Assembly: GCF_006345805.1 (NCBI RefSeq)
Contig: NC_043003.1
Location: 114,638,001-114,702,000, forward strand
DNA from: Octopus sinensis
Taxonomy: Eukaryota
DNA: 64,000 nt
Reading direction: 5' to 3'
The notes beneath the pieces were generated by a model. That model was not told the origin of the DNA, searched no databases, and was given only the letters and a program-made list of their open reading frames with translations. Every line of letters starts with the position of its first letter. The first letter of the stretch is position 1. The position numbers and the translations under genes were made by a program. This document shows positions 24,140 through 36,762 of this stretch, piece after piece.

Positions 24140-25765
24140 AGTATTTTTCGTCTGGATTTGGAAAAACTTCTGCAGACCGACATGAAAACCTCCATTGAAT
24201 ATCAAAAGAACTGCAGAGGAACAGTGGGTAATAAAAAAAAAATCATATGCAAATGAGCATAGAACCGCTGTCTCAACCAATCGGCCATTGATCGATGATA
24301 ACTGCATTCCCTAACACGATGCGAAAGAAATGGCAGGTTTTCAAACAGGGAAACAGCTATCGCCCAATCTCACTCCCCTCCCACATCATTAAAGTGTTTG
24401 AAAGAGTGGTAGGAGCAAGGATAGCTCCTTCCTGGAGATCCACAAACTCCTAAACGCAAATCAGCATGGCTTTCGCTGTGGCAGGGACGGTCTAACACAG
24501 CTCTTGCACCACATCGATGATATACTTAAAGCTTTGGGAACAGGTTCGAACTCTGATGTCATATATCTTGATTTCAGTAAAGCGTTCGACATGGTTCACC
24601 ATAATATCTTACTCTCAAAATTGGCAAATGTTGGAATCCGTGGAAAACTTCTACACTGGATTGAGTATTTCCTGTGAACAGAAACAACATGATGTGGTCG
24701 ATGGAATCCACTCAAGCACAGAAGAAGTCACCAGTGGTGTCCCTCAGGGGACTGTCTTGGCCTGCTCCTCTTCATAATCTGTATAAACGATATTTCTAGC
24801 GTCATAAATCACAGAAAAATGAAAATATTCGCTAATGACTCTAAATTCCAGAAAATTATCAATGAAGAAGACCGAACTCAAACTCCAGTCTGATCTACAT
24901 GCGGTTAGTCAATGGGCAGGCAAAAACAAAATGCAACTAAGCGAGGGAAAACTTGAGCTGATGCATTTTAGTAAAAAGGCTAAAACAGGAACCGCTCACA
25001 GCATCTACTATCAGAGGCCTAGGAGTAATTGTTGATAACAAACTCAGTTGGTGTACACACATCAACAATAAGGTCGATATAGCTCGTAGGGTGAACTCCT
25101 GGATCCTAAGAACCTTCCAGTCCAAAGAACAAGGTGTCATCATTCCACTTTTCTCCTCCTTTGAACGCCACACCTCGAATACTGCTTCTTTCTGTTGTCT
25201 CCCCATACAAAACAACACATCTCGAAAACTGGATCACCCCAGAGGGCACTCACTAAACGAATTAAGGGCATGACTGATCTAAATTACTGGGACCACCTTA
25301 AAGCATTGAAACTCTACTCTCTTCAGAGCCGCCGTGAGCGATACATCATTTGCACGATATGAAGAATATACTACCAGCATTACCCAAACGAACTGAACAT
25401 TAGCTTCAAAATTCATCCAAGTTTAGGACCCCGGGTTATACGTCTCCTACTCAATTCAGGTTCACAACACATAAACACACTGCAACACAATTTCTTTTCT
25501 TCAACAGGTCCTGCCCTATCTAACACTATCCCAAAACAGATCAAAGAGGAAAAGGACCCCATCAGCTTTAAGGGAATCTGGACAGATTTCTTCAAGAGAT
25601 ACCAGATAAGCCACCCATACTTGGATACAACTCACTCAACAAGAACTCACTACTTGAATGGACCATGATACCACAAAATTTGCCTTTAAAAGGATTTAGA
25701 TAATCCTATCAGGTGGTGCTATTAAGTTAGACATGGCCTGGACCAATCTTTGGTCAAAACATATT
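24140..25765 (+). mobile_element. 5'-truncated CR1-clade LINE (RT pseudogene and 3' UTR)
   Basis: YRPISL, NQHGFR, IYLDFSKAFD, SGVPQGTVL and IFAND motifs with frameshifts; 3' UTR ends in a stem-loop at 25741-25755. Confidence 0.9.
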
Positions 25766-26186
25766 TATAGATCAAAGCATCTTTCGACTTTGATATACAG
25801 AAAAAGTAAAACTAAGATATCACTGAGGAGCCGTTTACAACCCTTGAAACTGTGCGTCAGGATATTATTGCCCTGTATTTCTTCTCTCATTAACAGTGGA
25901 GAAAGACTGTTTTCCCATTGGTATTTCACCCACTCTGAGGAATTTCTTCTGACTGACTGATATTGTGTAGCGCAGTAATACATACACATACATACATACA
26001 TGTGTGTATGTGTGTGCGTGTTTTTCGCACTGTATATATAGAACATATCTATTAATTGCGTTGCGATTTGTTTATCAGCGAAAGGTTAATAATATAAAAA
26101 CTACAAAAAAAACAGGAAATAAATTGTTTCATACCACTTTCTCATTCACTCTCTCTCTCTCTCTTTCTATATACACACGCGCACAT

Positions 26187-26230
<44 letters not shown>

Positions 26231-26283
26231 GGGGGGGGTGTAATATTTAATATATATATATATTTCTATTTGTGTGTGCGTGA

Positions 26284-26320
<37 letters not shown>

Positions 26321-26839
26321 AAATATAATATACCGAGACAAGAGGAGCGGGAGGGGGAGAAAGCAAGTGTTATAGTGAGAAAGAGAGTGAGAGACAGAGA
26401 AAGAGTGTGTGTTTGGACAGAGATAGAGAGAGAAAAAATATTGAAGATGAAAACGTATAAAATAAGGAAATGAAAATTTGCGCCAACAACACGAAGAAAT
26501 TGATGTTTTAATGTTTGTCTCGAGGGATGGTCTGTTTGGTATATAGCGAGGTTATGTCGGTACAGAGTGAAAACAGCCGAAAAACCACACATACGGATAT
26601 GAACACACACACACACTCAAACACGCACGCACACACACAGATGACACACACACACTCGTTTGTAAAAACATATGAGTATATGTGTGTATCTGTATGTGCG
26701 TGAGAGTTTATCTCTGCATCAGTATGTCTGTCTGTATGTGTGGCTGCAATGAAAATTAAGCTGAAGCTATAGATTTGTAAACATGTATATCTTCATAGAT
26801 ACACCAACAAAGATCATGCGGGAGATAATAATGATTACG

Positions 26840-26848
26840 CTATGCGCA

Positions 26849-26901
<53 letters not shown>

Positions 26902-27247
26902 CATCTATATATATATATAACATATATATATATAACATATATATATATAACATATATATATATAACATATATATATATAACATATATATATATATATAAC
27001 ATATATATATATTATAACATATATATATATACATATATATATACATACATATATATATACATACATATATATATATACATATATATATATAACATATATA
27101 TATATACATACATATATATATATAATATATATATATTATATACATATATATATATATACATACATATATATATATACACATATATTATATATATATATAC
27201 ATGTATATATATATACATGCATATATATTATATATCATATATTACAC

Positions 27248-27297
<50 letters not shown>

Positions 27298-27476
27298 CAT
27301 AGACATGCACACACATACATACCTATACACATATATGGAGGTATGCATATTAATATGTGCATAGTTACATATGGGCGTGTATGTGTGCATGCATACATAC
27401 GTGTGTGTGTGTATATATATATATAAATTTGTGTGTGTCTGTATGTATCTATCTATTTCTAATCCTTATATATATA

Positions 27477-27519
<43 letters not shown>

Positions 27520-27540
27520 GCATATATACATACGTATACG
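26840..27540. repeat. (TA)n-derived low-complexity tract with TATAACATATATA units
   Basis: Directly visible. Confidence 0.95.
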
Positions 27541-28213
27541 TACATACTTACATCTATACGTATATATATATATATAAGCATATGTGGGAACAGGACGTCA
27601 CGAAACGTGTACAACAAAAAGTACGAAGCACGAGTACATGGAATATGAACTATTTTTTCGAACAGCGAAAGACTGATGGAAAACAAAACAAACATAAAGA
27701 ACGATGCCTCATCAGTTGCTGGCTGTTTTTCTACTCAATGCTTATATATAGTGATAGATAGGTAGATAAATAGATGGATGGATGGATAGATAGCTAGATA
27801 TGTTTATTTATTAGCCACAAAGGGTTGCACACAGATGTGACAGATTACAAAATAGAGCTTTTCTTTGGGGGGGGGGAAAGGAGAAAAAAAAGAAAAAGGA
27901 AAAAGGTGGAGTAGGTTTTCGATCAAAAGGGATCGTAAATGTGGAAGAAGAAGAAGAAAAAGGAAAAGAAACAAAAGAAAAAAAACGATCAATAGGGATC
28001 GTGTGTGTATCACAGTGTCATGATGTAAGGTGTAAAGGGGGAAGCAGATATGGTTTATCCGTGGAAAGAAAAACCTACGGAAAAGACCAAGGTAACCTCG
28101 GTCAATATTGTTACATGTTACCACATTTGTTTGCAAGTAGGTAACACTCGGTTTTAAATTTCCGGGTTCATAGGATTATGCTGAAGGTGGCTTCGTCATT
28201 CATACGTGATAGG

Positions 28214-28262
<49 letters not shown>

Positions 28263-28431
28263 GATGAGAGAGAGAGAGAGATAGAGAGATAGAGAGAGAA
28301 AGGGGAGAAAATAAGAGAGAGAGATAGTACATATATATATATTGCTGCTATCATCTAAATATGTTTAAAACCATTTCCCGCGCGTATATTGTTGCTATGC
28401 CTGCGTGTCTACATTTTGTCACTATAAATAC

Positions 28432-29707
28432 ATTTCGTCTACCCTTACGTTCTGAGTTCAAATTCCGCCGAGGTCGACTTTGCCTTTCATCCTTTCGGGG
28501 TCGATAAATTAAGTACCAGTTACGCACTGGGGTCGATATAATCGACTTAATCCGTTTGTCTGTCCTTGTTTGTCCTCTCTGTGTTTAGCCCCTTGTGGGT
28601 AGTAAAGAAATAGGTATTTCGTCTGCCACCACGTTCTGAGTTCAAATTCCGCCGAGGTCGACTTTGCCTTTCATCCTTTCGGGGTCGATAAATTAAGTAC
28701 CAGTTACGCACTGGGGTCGATATAATCGACTTAATTCCGTTTTTCTGTCCTTATTTGTCCTCTCTGTGTTAGTAGCCCTTGTGGGTAGTAAAGAAATAGT
28801 ATTTCGTCTGCCACCACGTTCTGAGTTCAAATTCCGCCGAGGTCGACTTGCCTTTCATCCTTTCGGGGTCGATAAATTAGTACCAGTTACGCACTGGGGT
28901 CGATATAATCGACTTAATCCGTTTGTCTGTCCTTGTTTGTCCTCTCTGTGTTTAGCCCCTTGTGGGTAGTAAAGAAATAGGTATTTCGTCTGCCACCACG
29001 TTCTGAGTTCAAATTCCGCCGAGGTCGACTTTGCCTTTCATCCTTTCGGGGTCGATAAATTAAGTACCAGTTACGTACTGGGGTGTATGTAATCGACTTA
29101 ATCCGTTTGTCTGTCCTTGTTTGTTCCCTCTGTGTTTAGCCCCTTGTTGGGTAGTAAAGAAATAGGTATTTCGTTTGTCTTTACGTTCTGAGTTCAAATT
29201 CCGCCGAGGTCGACTTTGCCTTTCATCCTTCGGGTCGATAAATTAAGTACCAGTTACGCACTGGGGTCGATGTAATCGACTTAATCCGTTTGTCTGTCCT
29301 TGTTTGTTCCCTCTGTGTTTAGCCCCTTGGTGGGTAGTAAGAAATAGGTATTTCGTTGTCTTTACGTTCTGAGTTCAAATTCCGCCGAGGTCGACTTTGC
29401 CTTTCATCCTTTCGGGGTCGATAAATTAAGTACCAGTTACGCACTGGGGTTATGTAATCGACTTAATCCGTTTGTCTGTCCTTGTTTGTTCCCTCTGTGT
29501 TTAGCCCCTTGTGGGTAGTAAAGAATAGGTATTTCGTTGTCTTTACGTTCTGAGTTCAATTCCGCCGAGGTCGACTTGCCTTTCATCCTTTCGGGGTCGA
29601 TAAATAAAGTACCAGTTACGCACTGGGGTCGATGTAATCGACTTAATCCGTTTGTCTGTCCTTGTTTGTTCCCTCTGTGTTTAGTCCCTTGTTGGGTAGT
29701 AAAGGAA
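28432..29707 (+). repeat. Tandem array of 7 headless family B SINE units of about 183 bp
   Basis: Units start near 28432, 28616, 28801, 28983, 29168, 29350 and 29531. Confidence 0.95.
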
Positions 29708-29923
29708 TATATGAATACATAATACATCAAAACAGTAAAGAAATGTTGTTATTGCATTGTTATGTTGTTCATAAGCTTCTTCTTGTATCTTGCTGATATT
29801 TTCACTAATTGCGATTTTTCCAATGATTTTATGTTTTTTTGTTTTTTTTCCTCTTCGAAATTGTTGTGTCTTCAACCTACGATTCTTATGTATTCACAGT
29901 TGTTTGCTTTTAATATCCACATG

Positions 29924-30310
29924 TAGGCATAGAAGTGGCTATGTGGTAAGTAGCTTGCTTACAGACCACATGGTTCCGGGTTCAGTCCCACTGCGTGGCA
30001 CCTTGAGAGTGGATTTGGTAGACGGAAACTGAAAGAAGCCCGTCGTATATATATGCATATATATATATATATATATATATGCGTGTGTGTATGTTTGTAT
30101 GTCTGTGTTTGTCGCCCCAACATCGCTTGACAACCGATGCTGGTGTGTTTACGTCCCCGTAACTTAACGGTTCGGCAAAAGAAACCGATAGAATAAGTAC
30201 TAGGCTTACAAAGAATAAGTCCTGGGGGGGAGGGTCGATTTGCTCGACTAAAGGCTATGCTCCAGCATGGCCGCAGTCAAATGACTGAAACAAGTAAAAG
30301 AGAAGAAAGA
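29924..30310 (+). mobile_element. Family A SINE with an internal deletion
   Basis: Lacks the ggcaagtgtcttc...ccaaagcc block; otherwise consensus-like. Confidence 0.9.
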
Positions 30311-30438
30311 GAGAGAATCCTTGTTTATACGTAAATCTATGTACATGTAAATAGTTAACACTGTTTTTACGATGGTGTTCCTTCCCGCGTTTATAGGTGT
30401 GTGTGCTTGTGTGTGTGCGTGTGTAGATAGATAGATAG

Positions 30439-30484
<46 letters not shown>

Positions 30485-30748
30485 GGGAGAAAAATAAGTC
30501 GTGTCTGAGTTAAAGGTTTCACATGTTGATTTGGCCGGAAGGAAAACAAAAACTGGTTCGAGAATGGGTAGGAAGGGAGACAACAGTGACGTGACGAAAG
30601 GGTCTGCATCCAAAGATGGGTATGTATGTGAGAATATATATATATATATATCTAATGAAGGATAAAATTTTTTTCGAAAAAAAATTCTTTTCCAAAACAA
30701 ATTTTATCAATGGCCAGCATATCAAAAAATACCTTTAAAGGTTAAATC

Positions 30749-30907
30749 TATAAACAATTCATAAATAAGGGCAAACGAAAAAATTTCTAATGCCAGATAT
30801 GCCGAAAAATTGGACATATTGTCCATTAACCATATAATTTTTTCACAATATGCCAAATATGTATTCACAATATGTATTCGATTGCCCTTACTTATGAATT
30901 GTTTATA
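30749..30907. mobile_element. Small MITE-like element with about 30-bp inverted ends
   Basis: TATAAACAATTCATAAATAAGGGCAAACGAA ... TTCGATTGCCCTTACTTATGAATTGTTTATA. Confidence 0.7.
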
Positions 30908-30930
30908 TTATATATATATATATATACACA

Positions 30931-31161
30931 TACATTATTTACATTTGACGGTTATTTGTCCTCATCGTGTTTGTTGTTAACACAACGTTTTGGCTGATAT
31001 AACCCTCCAGCCTTCATCAGGTGTCTTGGGGAAGTTTCGAACCTGGGTTCTCATTCCTCAGGTATTTTTCGATGTTATTATTATTATCATTATTCAGGTC
31101 ACTAGCTGGAATCGAAGTCGGAATCTTGGGGTTAGTAGGCCGCGCTCTTAACCACTACGCC
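30931..31161 (-). mobile_element. tRNA-headed SINE carrying a minimal hammerhead motif at 31024-30980
   Basis: Head GGCGTAGTGGTTAAG..ACTTCGATTCC, (AAT)n spacer, then ACAC-CTGATGA-A-GGCTG..CAGCC-AAAA-CG-T-T-GTGT. Confidence 0.75.
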
Positions 31162-31253
31162 GTGTTTATGTATATCGTTGAAGTAAATACAATTACACAG
31201 ATACATGCACACACATATACAAACATAGAAATCATATAGCTAGCTAGATATAT

Positions 31254-31289
<36 letters not shown>

Positions 31290-31494
31290 TAACATCATTA
31301 TCCATACGTTCCTGTGCATCGGGTGTGCAGAGACCTTCCACTGCGGAAATAATGTCCGGATAAAATTCTCTTGGCGGACTTTCTGCATGCTTTTGCTCCG
31401 CCAAATATGGGCAAAATATCTGTTATTCCTAATTCAATATGAAGGAGTTTATTCTCATTACATCATCATACGTTACCTTTGCTAATATTTATTT

Positions 31495-31700
31495 ATCTAG
31501 TTTCAGCTCACTAGCTGTAGCCATGCTGGGGCACCGCCTTTGGAGTACAACAGGGGTTGCCACTACCCCCTGCCGGAGCCTCGTGGAGCTTTTAGGTGTT
31601 TTCGCTCAATAAACACACACAACGCCCGGTCTGGGAATCGAAACTGCGATCCTCCGACCACGAGTCCGCTGCCCTAACCACTGGGCCATTGAGCCTCCAC
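31495..31700 (-). mobile_element. Family G tRNA-derived SINE with a family A-like 3' tail
   Basis: Head TGGCCCAGTGGTTAGGGCAGCGG..TTTCGATTCCC; tail AGGCGGTGCCCCAGCATGGCTACAGCTAGTGAGCTGAAAC. Confidence 0.8.
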
Positions 31701-31815
31701 AAGGTATGAATAGCAAAGTCGACCGCGGCAGAATTTGAACTCAGAACGTAAACACGGATGAAATGCAGGCAAGAATTTTGCCCGGCGTGCTAACAATTCT
31801 GCCAGCTCGTCGCTT
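31701..31815 (-). mobile_element. Family B-like SINE head fragment
   Basis: gcaaagtcgacc..gaatttgaactcagaacg..gcccggcgtgctaac..ctgccagctcg. Confidence 0.75.
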
Positions 31816-32847
31816 TCGTAAAGTTTCGTGAAGATGTTATAAAATAACGTCGCAAAAGCAGTGTTGAATAAAATACATTCGTGTGAATTTATATTTGGCT
31901 CATTCGAATGCATTCGGACGTGTGGTGATGTTCCGCTGCGAAAGAGCCCCATGACAAAATTTACCTCTTGAATCACATTTTATGTGAAAACAAAATTTGG
32001 AATCTGAATGATGTCACTATATACTAGGTCGCACGTGTTCTCTTATGCAACAAAATATAAAATTTAATCAGAAAATGCATAATGATGCAAAGAGCAACGT
32101 GCCATTATTAACATGCATCTTCCTGTTACCATCGAAACAAAGAACCAGTCAATTAAGAGATTTTATTGATACTTAAATTTGTATCCGAACAATGGCGAGC
32201 TAGTAAACTGCACGATGATGGCGGCAAACACACGAGGTTTGGAGATGGATAGATTGAGAAATGTACGAGAGAATAGGTAACAAACCCATCACTGACAACG
32301 GCTTGAATTAAATGCCTTCATCCAACAATTAAGAGATTCGAAGAATATTGTTGAAGTTGGAATTGCCTGACACGTGACTGCATTCACGGGTACAAGAAAC
32401 AGAAATAATTGTTCTGATAACATTTTCACGTTTATATAAATTGCAAATTAATAATTTACTACTACAACTACTACTGCTGCTGCTACTACTACTACTACAC
32501 TACATTTCCCCACCGCTTTAAATACCAACGGTTTGACAACAATAATACCAGAAAGAAATCCCAATATGTAGCTCCCTACGTTTCCTTTTCCTGATGATTC
32601 TATAATCCTTTAAGTTAATAATCTCCTAATCTATAGTTTTCTGATTCATACTGGAGATATAGAACTTGATCAAAACAACAGTTGTATACAAACGTTAATT
32701 AACCAATTAATTTCAAGGATGGTTAAATGAAAGAATGCTTCATTTAATAAATGCTTCAAGTTGCTTTGTTTTATTCCTTTCTGTAACGGAGAGAAAAATA
32801 TATTTGTAATATGGATTATATTATATATTATATGTAGATATATAATA

Positions 32848-33250
32848 TAGGCGCAGGCGTGGCTGTGTGGTAAGTAGCTTGCTTACCAACCACATGGTTC
32901 CGGATTCAGTCCCACTGCGTACCTTGGGCAAATATCTTCTACTATAGCCTCGGGCCGACCAAAGCCTTGAATATATTTGGTAGACGGAAACTGTAAGAAG
33001 CCCGTCATATATATATATATATATATATATATGTGCGTGTGTGTAATTGTGTGTGTTTGTCCTCCCCACCACCACCATCGCTTGGCAATCGATGTTGGTG
33101 CGTTTACGTTTCGGTTCGGCAAAAAGAGACCGATAAAATAAGTACTAGGCTTACAGAGATTAAGTCGTGGATTTGATTTATTCGACTAAAGGCGGTGCTC
33201 CAGCATGGACGCAGTCAAATGATTGAAACATGTCAAAGAATAAAAAGAGA
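32848..33250 (+). mobile_element. Family A SINE
   Basis: All family A blocks present, small deletions. Confidence 0.9.
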
Positions 33251-33615
33251 TATGCATACACTCCTACACACACACGCACACACACACGCGCATACACACA
33301 CACACACCCACCGACGCGTGTGTGTGTGAAGTATATTTGCCATCTAAATAATGGCTAACCACTAAGGGTGAATGTTACTGTAGCTTGTAGCCCCAGGAGA
33401 ACATCTTCTCCAGCTAGCTATTGACACACTTTCTGTGCCCTATCGGTATTTGCCAAGGGAAACCATCCTTCCCATCGTCAACCTACGTGATACGCACGGA
33501 CTCAAGTTTCTAGGTATTGACCCGTCATCAGCGCACGACAATCACCGGTTTTCGATGAAAGGGGTCCCAATGCAAATACATATATCCTTTTTCCAAGATA
33601 TACATACATACAGAT

Positions 33616-33673
<58 letters not shown>

Positions 33674-34234
33674 TATATATAATATATATATATACGATAT
33701 GTGTATATTTTGTAAATACATATTGATGTACATCTGATATTTGTGTGTGAATGCATACACACACACACACACACACATATAATTAAGTAGACAGCAATTT
33801 GCAATGTTTCACTAAAAAGGAAAACTAAATGTGACCAGGGTGTTAGAAACAACTATATTGTTAGAAAGAAGAGATAGCAACGTAGGTGTTTCTAACACAC
33901 TCAGTGATGATTACAGTATACACACACACACACACACATATGAACCAATGTATTCCTCTGTATATATATGTTTATGTACATATCTATGTAGATATGTAGA
34001 GCTACATCGTGAATGAAATAAAACAGAAATAAATTAGCATTTTATGATCCCTGCCTGTGAGTTAAATAAGAATTAACTACGTCGTTTCCGTTGAATATGG
34101 GTGTATTTCATTCAATAAACCATAAAACGGTTTGTTGCCTGGTCTTCAGAGAAGACTACGTGTTCTCTTTCTACGGTCAATAACTTAGCTCAGCTGACGA
34201 TATATTAGGTCAACACCCTTTTGGATAACATAAG

Positions 34235-34497
34235 TTACATAATGCCAAAAGAATAAATAAATAAATAAATATATATATATATAGAGAGAGAGAGATATGC
34301 ATGTATGTATTCATGTTTGGCCAAGTGTTAATTTGAAGAACTGAAACATATTTAAATATTATTTAAAGCTTATTAGAAATTGAATATATATATATATATA
34401 CATACACATATATATACATATACATACATACATATATATATACATATACATACATATATATACATATACATACATATATATATATATATATACATAC

Positions 34498-34528
<31 letters not shown>

Positions 34529-34553
34529 CATATACATACATATATATATACAT

Positions 34554-34592
<39 letters not shown>

Positions 34593-34752
34593 CATTTATA
34601 TATAAGTTGCATAATGCCAAAAGAATATATATATAAAGATAGATAGATAGATTGATATAGATATGTATGTATGTATTTATGTTTGACAAAGTGTTAATTT
34701 GAATAATTGAAATATATTTAAATATTATTTGAAGCTCATTAGAAATTGAATT
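34235..34752. repeat. Local direct duplication (34235-34385 and 34607-34752) around a (TA/TACA)n tract
   Basis: Both copies read cataatgccaaaagaat...gtgttaatttgaa...aaatattattt.aagct.attagaaattgaat. Confidence 0.8.
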
Positions 34753-36214
34753 CAAATAAGAATGTATTATACACGATTGACATCCAGATGCATGTCGTAT
34801 GTGCCTTGTCTGAAGAGAGGTCAATGAACTGTGAACTTTTCGCTAGACGATTCCCTCCTCTTTCTGCGTCCGTTGTTGCGTTTCCTGCTTTTTTTTATGC
34901 CTTTCAATTACGTCTCGTTAAATTGGAGGGGTTTGTGCTTCGACAATGTTAGCATTAGGGCCACTTAATCTCCATAGTCATACTAGCCTTCGTCTCAGTA
35001 TTGAAAGAAATAGGGACACAGTTTTTACACTTGTCCCTGGTCACTTCACATGCGAAACAGATCTTGGGCCTTCACTTCCTCTAATTTCTCAGCTCGTTAC
35101 GAGGTTTTCCAGATCCACGCACTGTGGAATCTCCGTCACAATCATATTAGACACTGCTGCAGGTACCATGGCTTTATATAAAAGCATACAAACTCCCTTG
35201 CGTGCATCTGATTATGGGAATTATTATGGTGTCCGGCAGTTTCTTTTGCCCCATTAGGATATATTTTGAGACGCACACGTACATCATTTTACTTCTTTTC
35301 TCTTTCAATAATTAAAGATTAGACTCAGCCTCACCAAATCTCATAATTATCCCAATGTTCACTCTTCAACTGCCGGGAGCATTCTTTCCATGATCATGTT
35401 ATGTGAACAAGCGATTTATTTTAAGGAGAGCTTGCGGCTATTATTGTTATTGCAATTGTGATGATGATGTTATTTGTCAAGGTTGTGTGTTTTTGTTGTT
35501 CACTTTGCTGTTTTTGGATTCCGATGCCATTGCTACTGCTACTAGTGCCATCGGCAGCATTGTGTACTGCCGTCAAAACTATTCCAGTCTCGATAAAGTC
35601 GTTATCTGTTGAAACTAATAAAATCTTCAACTATTTTTATAACTTCGTGTCTTCTTACAGATTCAACATCGTTGGCGCTAGTTTTGCTGGAGATGGTGAC
35701 GGAGGTCGGGGTGCGGTGTTCACAGCTGCAACGCAGTCGTCGCAATTTGGATTCGGTGGGGGTGGGGGAATCCATAAGCATATCTCTTTGAATTACTTGA
35801 GAGAAGGAGCCTAATTTTTACCTCCGTTTTCGAATTTCTTTCTCTCCCTTCTCCCCCACAATCCCCTTTTCAGGCCTGCAGAAACAAGTGACTTCAAATT
35901 AAATAGAGTTTAATGAGAACTTTTAAATATTGGGGAAAGAAAATATGGTATTCAGAGGAGGAGGAGGAGGAAGTGGAAATATCTTGACAAACAACTCAAC
36001 TTTTCTCCTTACCGTAAGACTGATTACTGAATCCTTTTCTTTCTTTCTTTCTTTCTTTTCTTTTCTTGTCTTTTCTGGTGTTTTTTTTTTTTTTTTGGAC
36101 AAGACCGAATGCATTAACAGCAAACACAAGGGTTAGAAGTAATAATAATGAGAACAAACACTATGTTGTGATATGAAACCGTATCCCACTTACGTTCCAG
36201 CTCTGTTCCTGCTA

Positions 36215-36290
36215 CTACTACTATTACTACTACTACTACTACTACCACCACCACCACCACCAATAATAATAATATAATAATAATGATGAT

Positions 36291-36327
<37 letters not shown>

Positions 36328-36618
36328 TGATAATAGTAATAATAATAATAAAAATAATAAATAATAAAAATAATAATAATATATTAATATTAATAATAAT
36401 AATAATAATAATAATAACAATGATAATAAAAAAAATAAAAAATAATAATAATATTAATAATAATAATAATAATAATAATATAATAATAATAATAATAATA
36501 ATAATATAATAATAATAATAATAATAATGATAAATAGAATAATAATAATAATAAAATAAGATAATAATATCAATAATAATAATAATAAAAAAAATAATAA
36601 TAATAATAATAATAATAG
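36215..36618. repeat. (TAC)n(CAC)n(AAT)n microsatellite
   Basis: Directly visible. Confidence 0.95.
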
Positions 36619-36762
36619 TCCTTTCTCCTAAATGTACATGGCCTGTAAGACTGGAGGAGTGACCTTATCAAGTATATCGACCCAGTATTCAACTGGTACT
36701 TAATTTATCAATCCCGAAAGGATGAAAAGCTATGTCGTCCTCAGTAGAATTTGATCTCAGAA
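36619..36762 (-). mobile_element. Old family B-related SINE
   Basis: atcgacccagt..aactggtactt..cccgaaaggatgaaa..gaatttgatctcaga. Confidence 0.65.

Noticed and set aside
28432-29707. CRISPR-like regular repeat
   Set aside because: The whole unit repeats with no unique spacers; it is a SINE-derived tandem array and there are no cas genes.
34746-35260. GC-richer stretch with short ORFs and a C*HC..TNPSNL zinc-finger-like hint on the minus strand
   Set aside because: Multiple stops in every frame; no family could be assigned.
35659-35790. Possible exon (plus acceptor TTCTTACAG or minus donor GTAAGA)
   Set aside because: Strand and frame are ambiguous and no peptide is recognisable.
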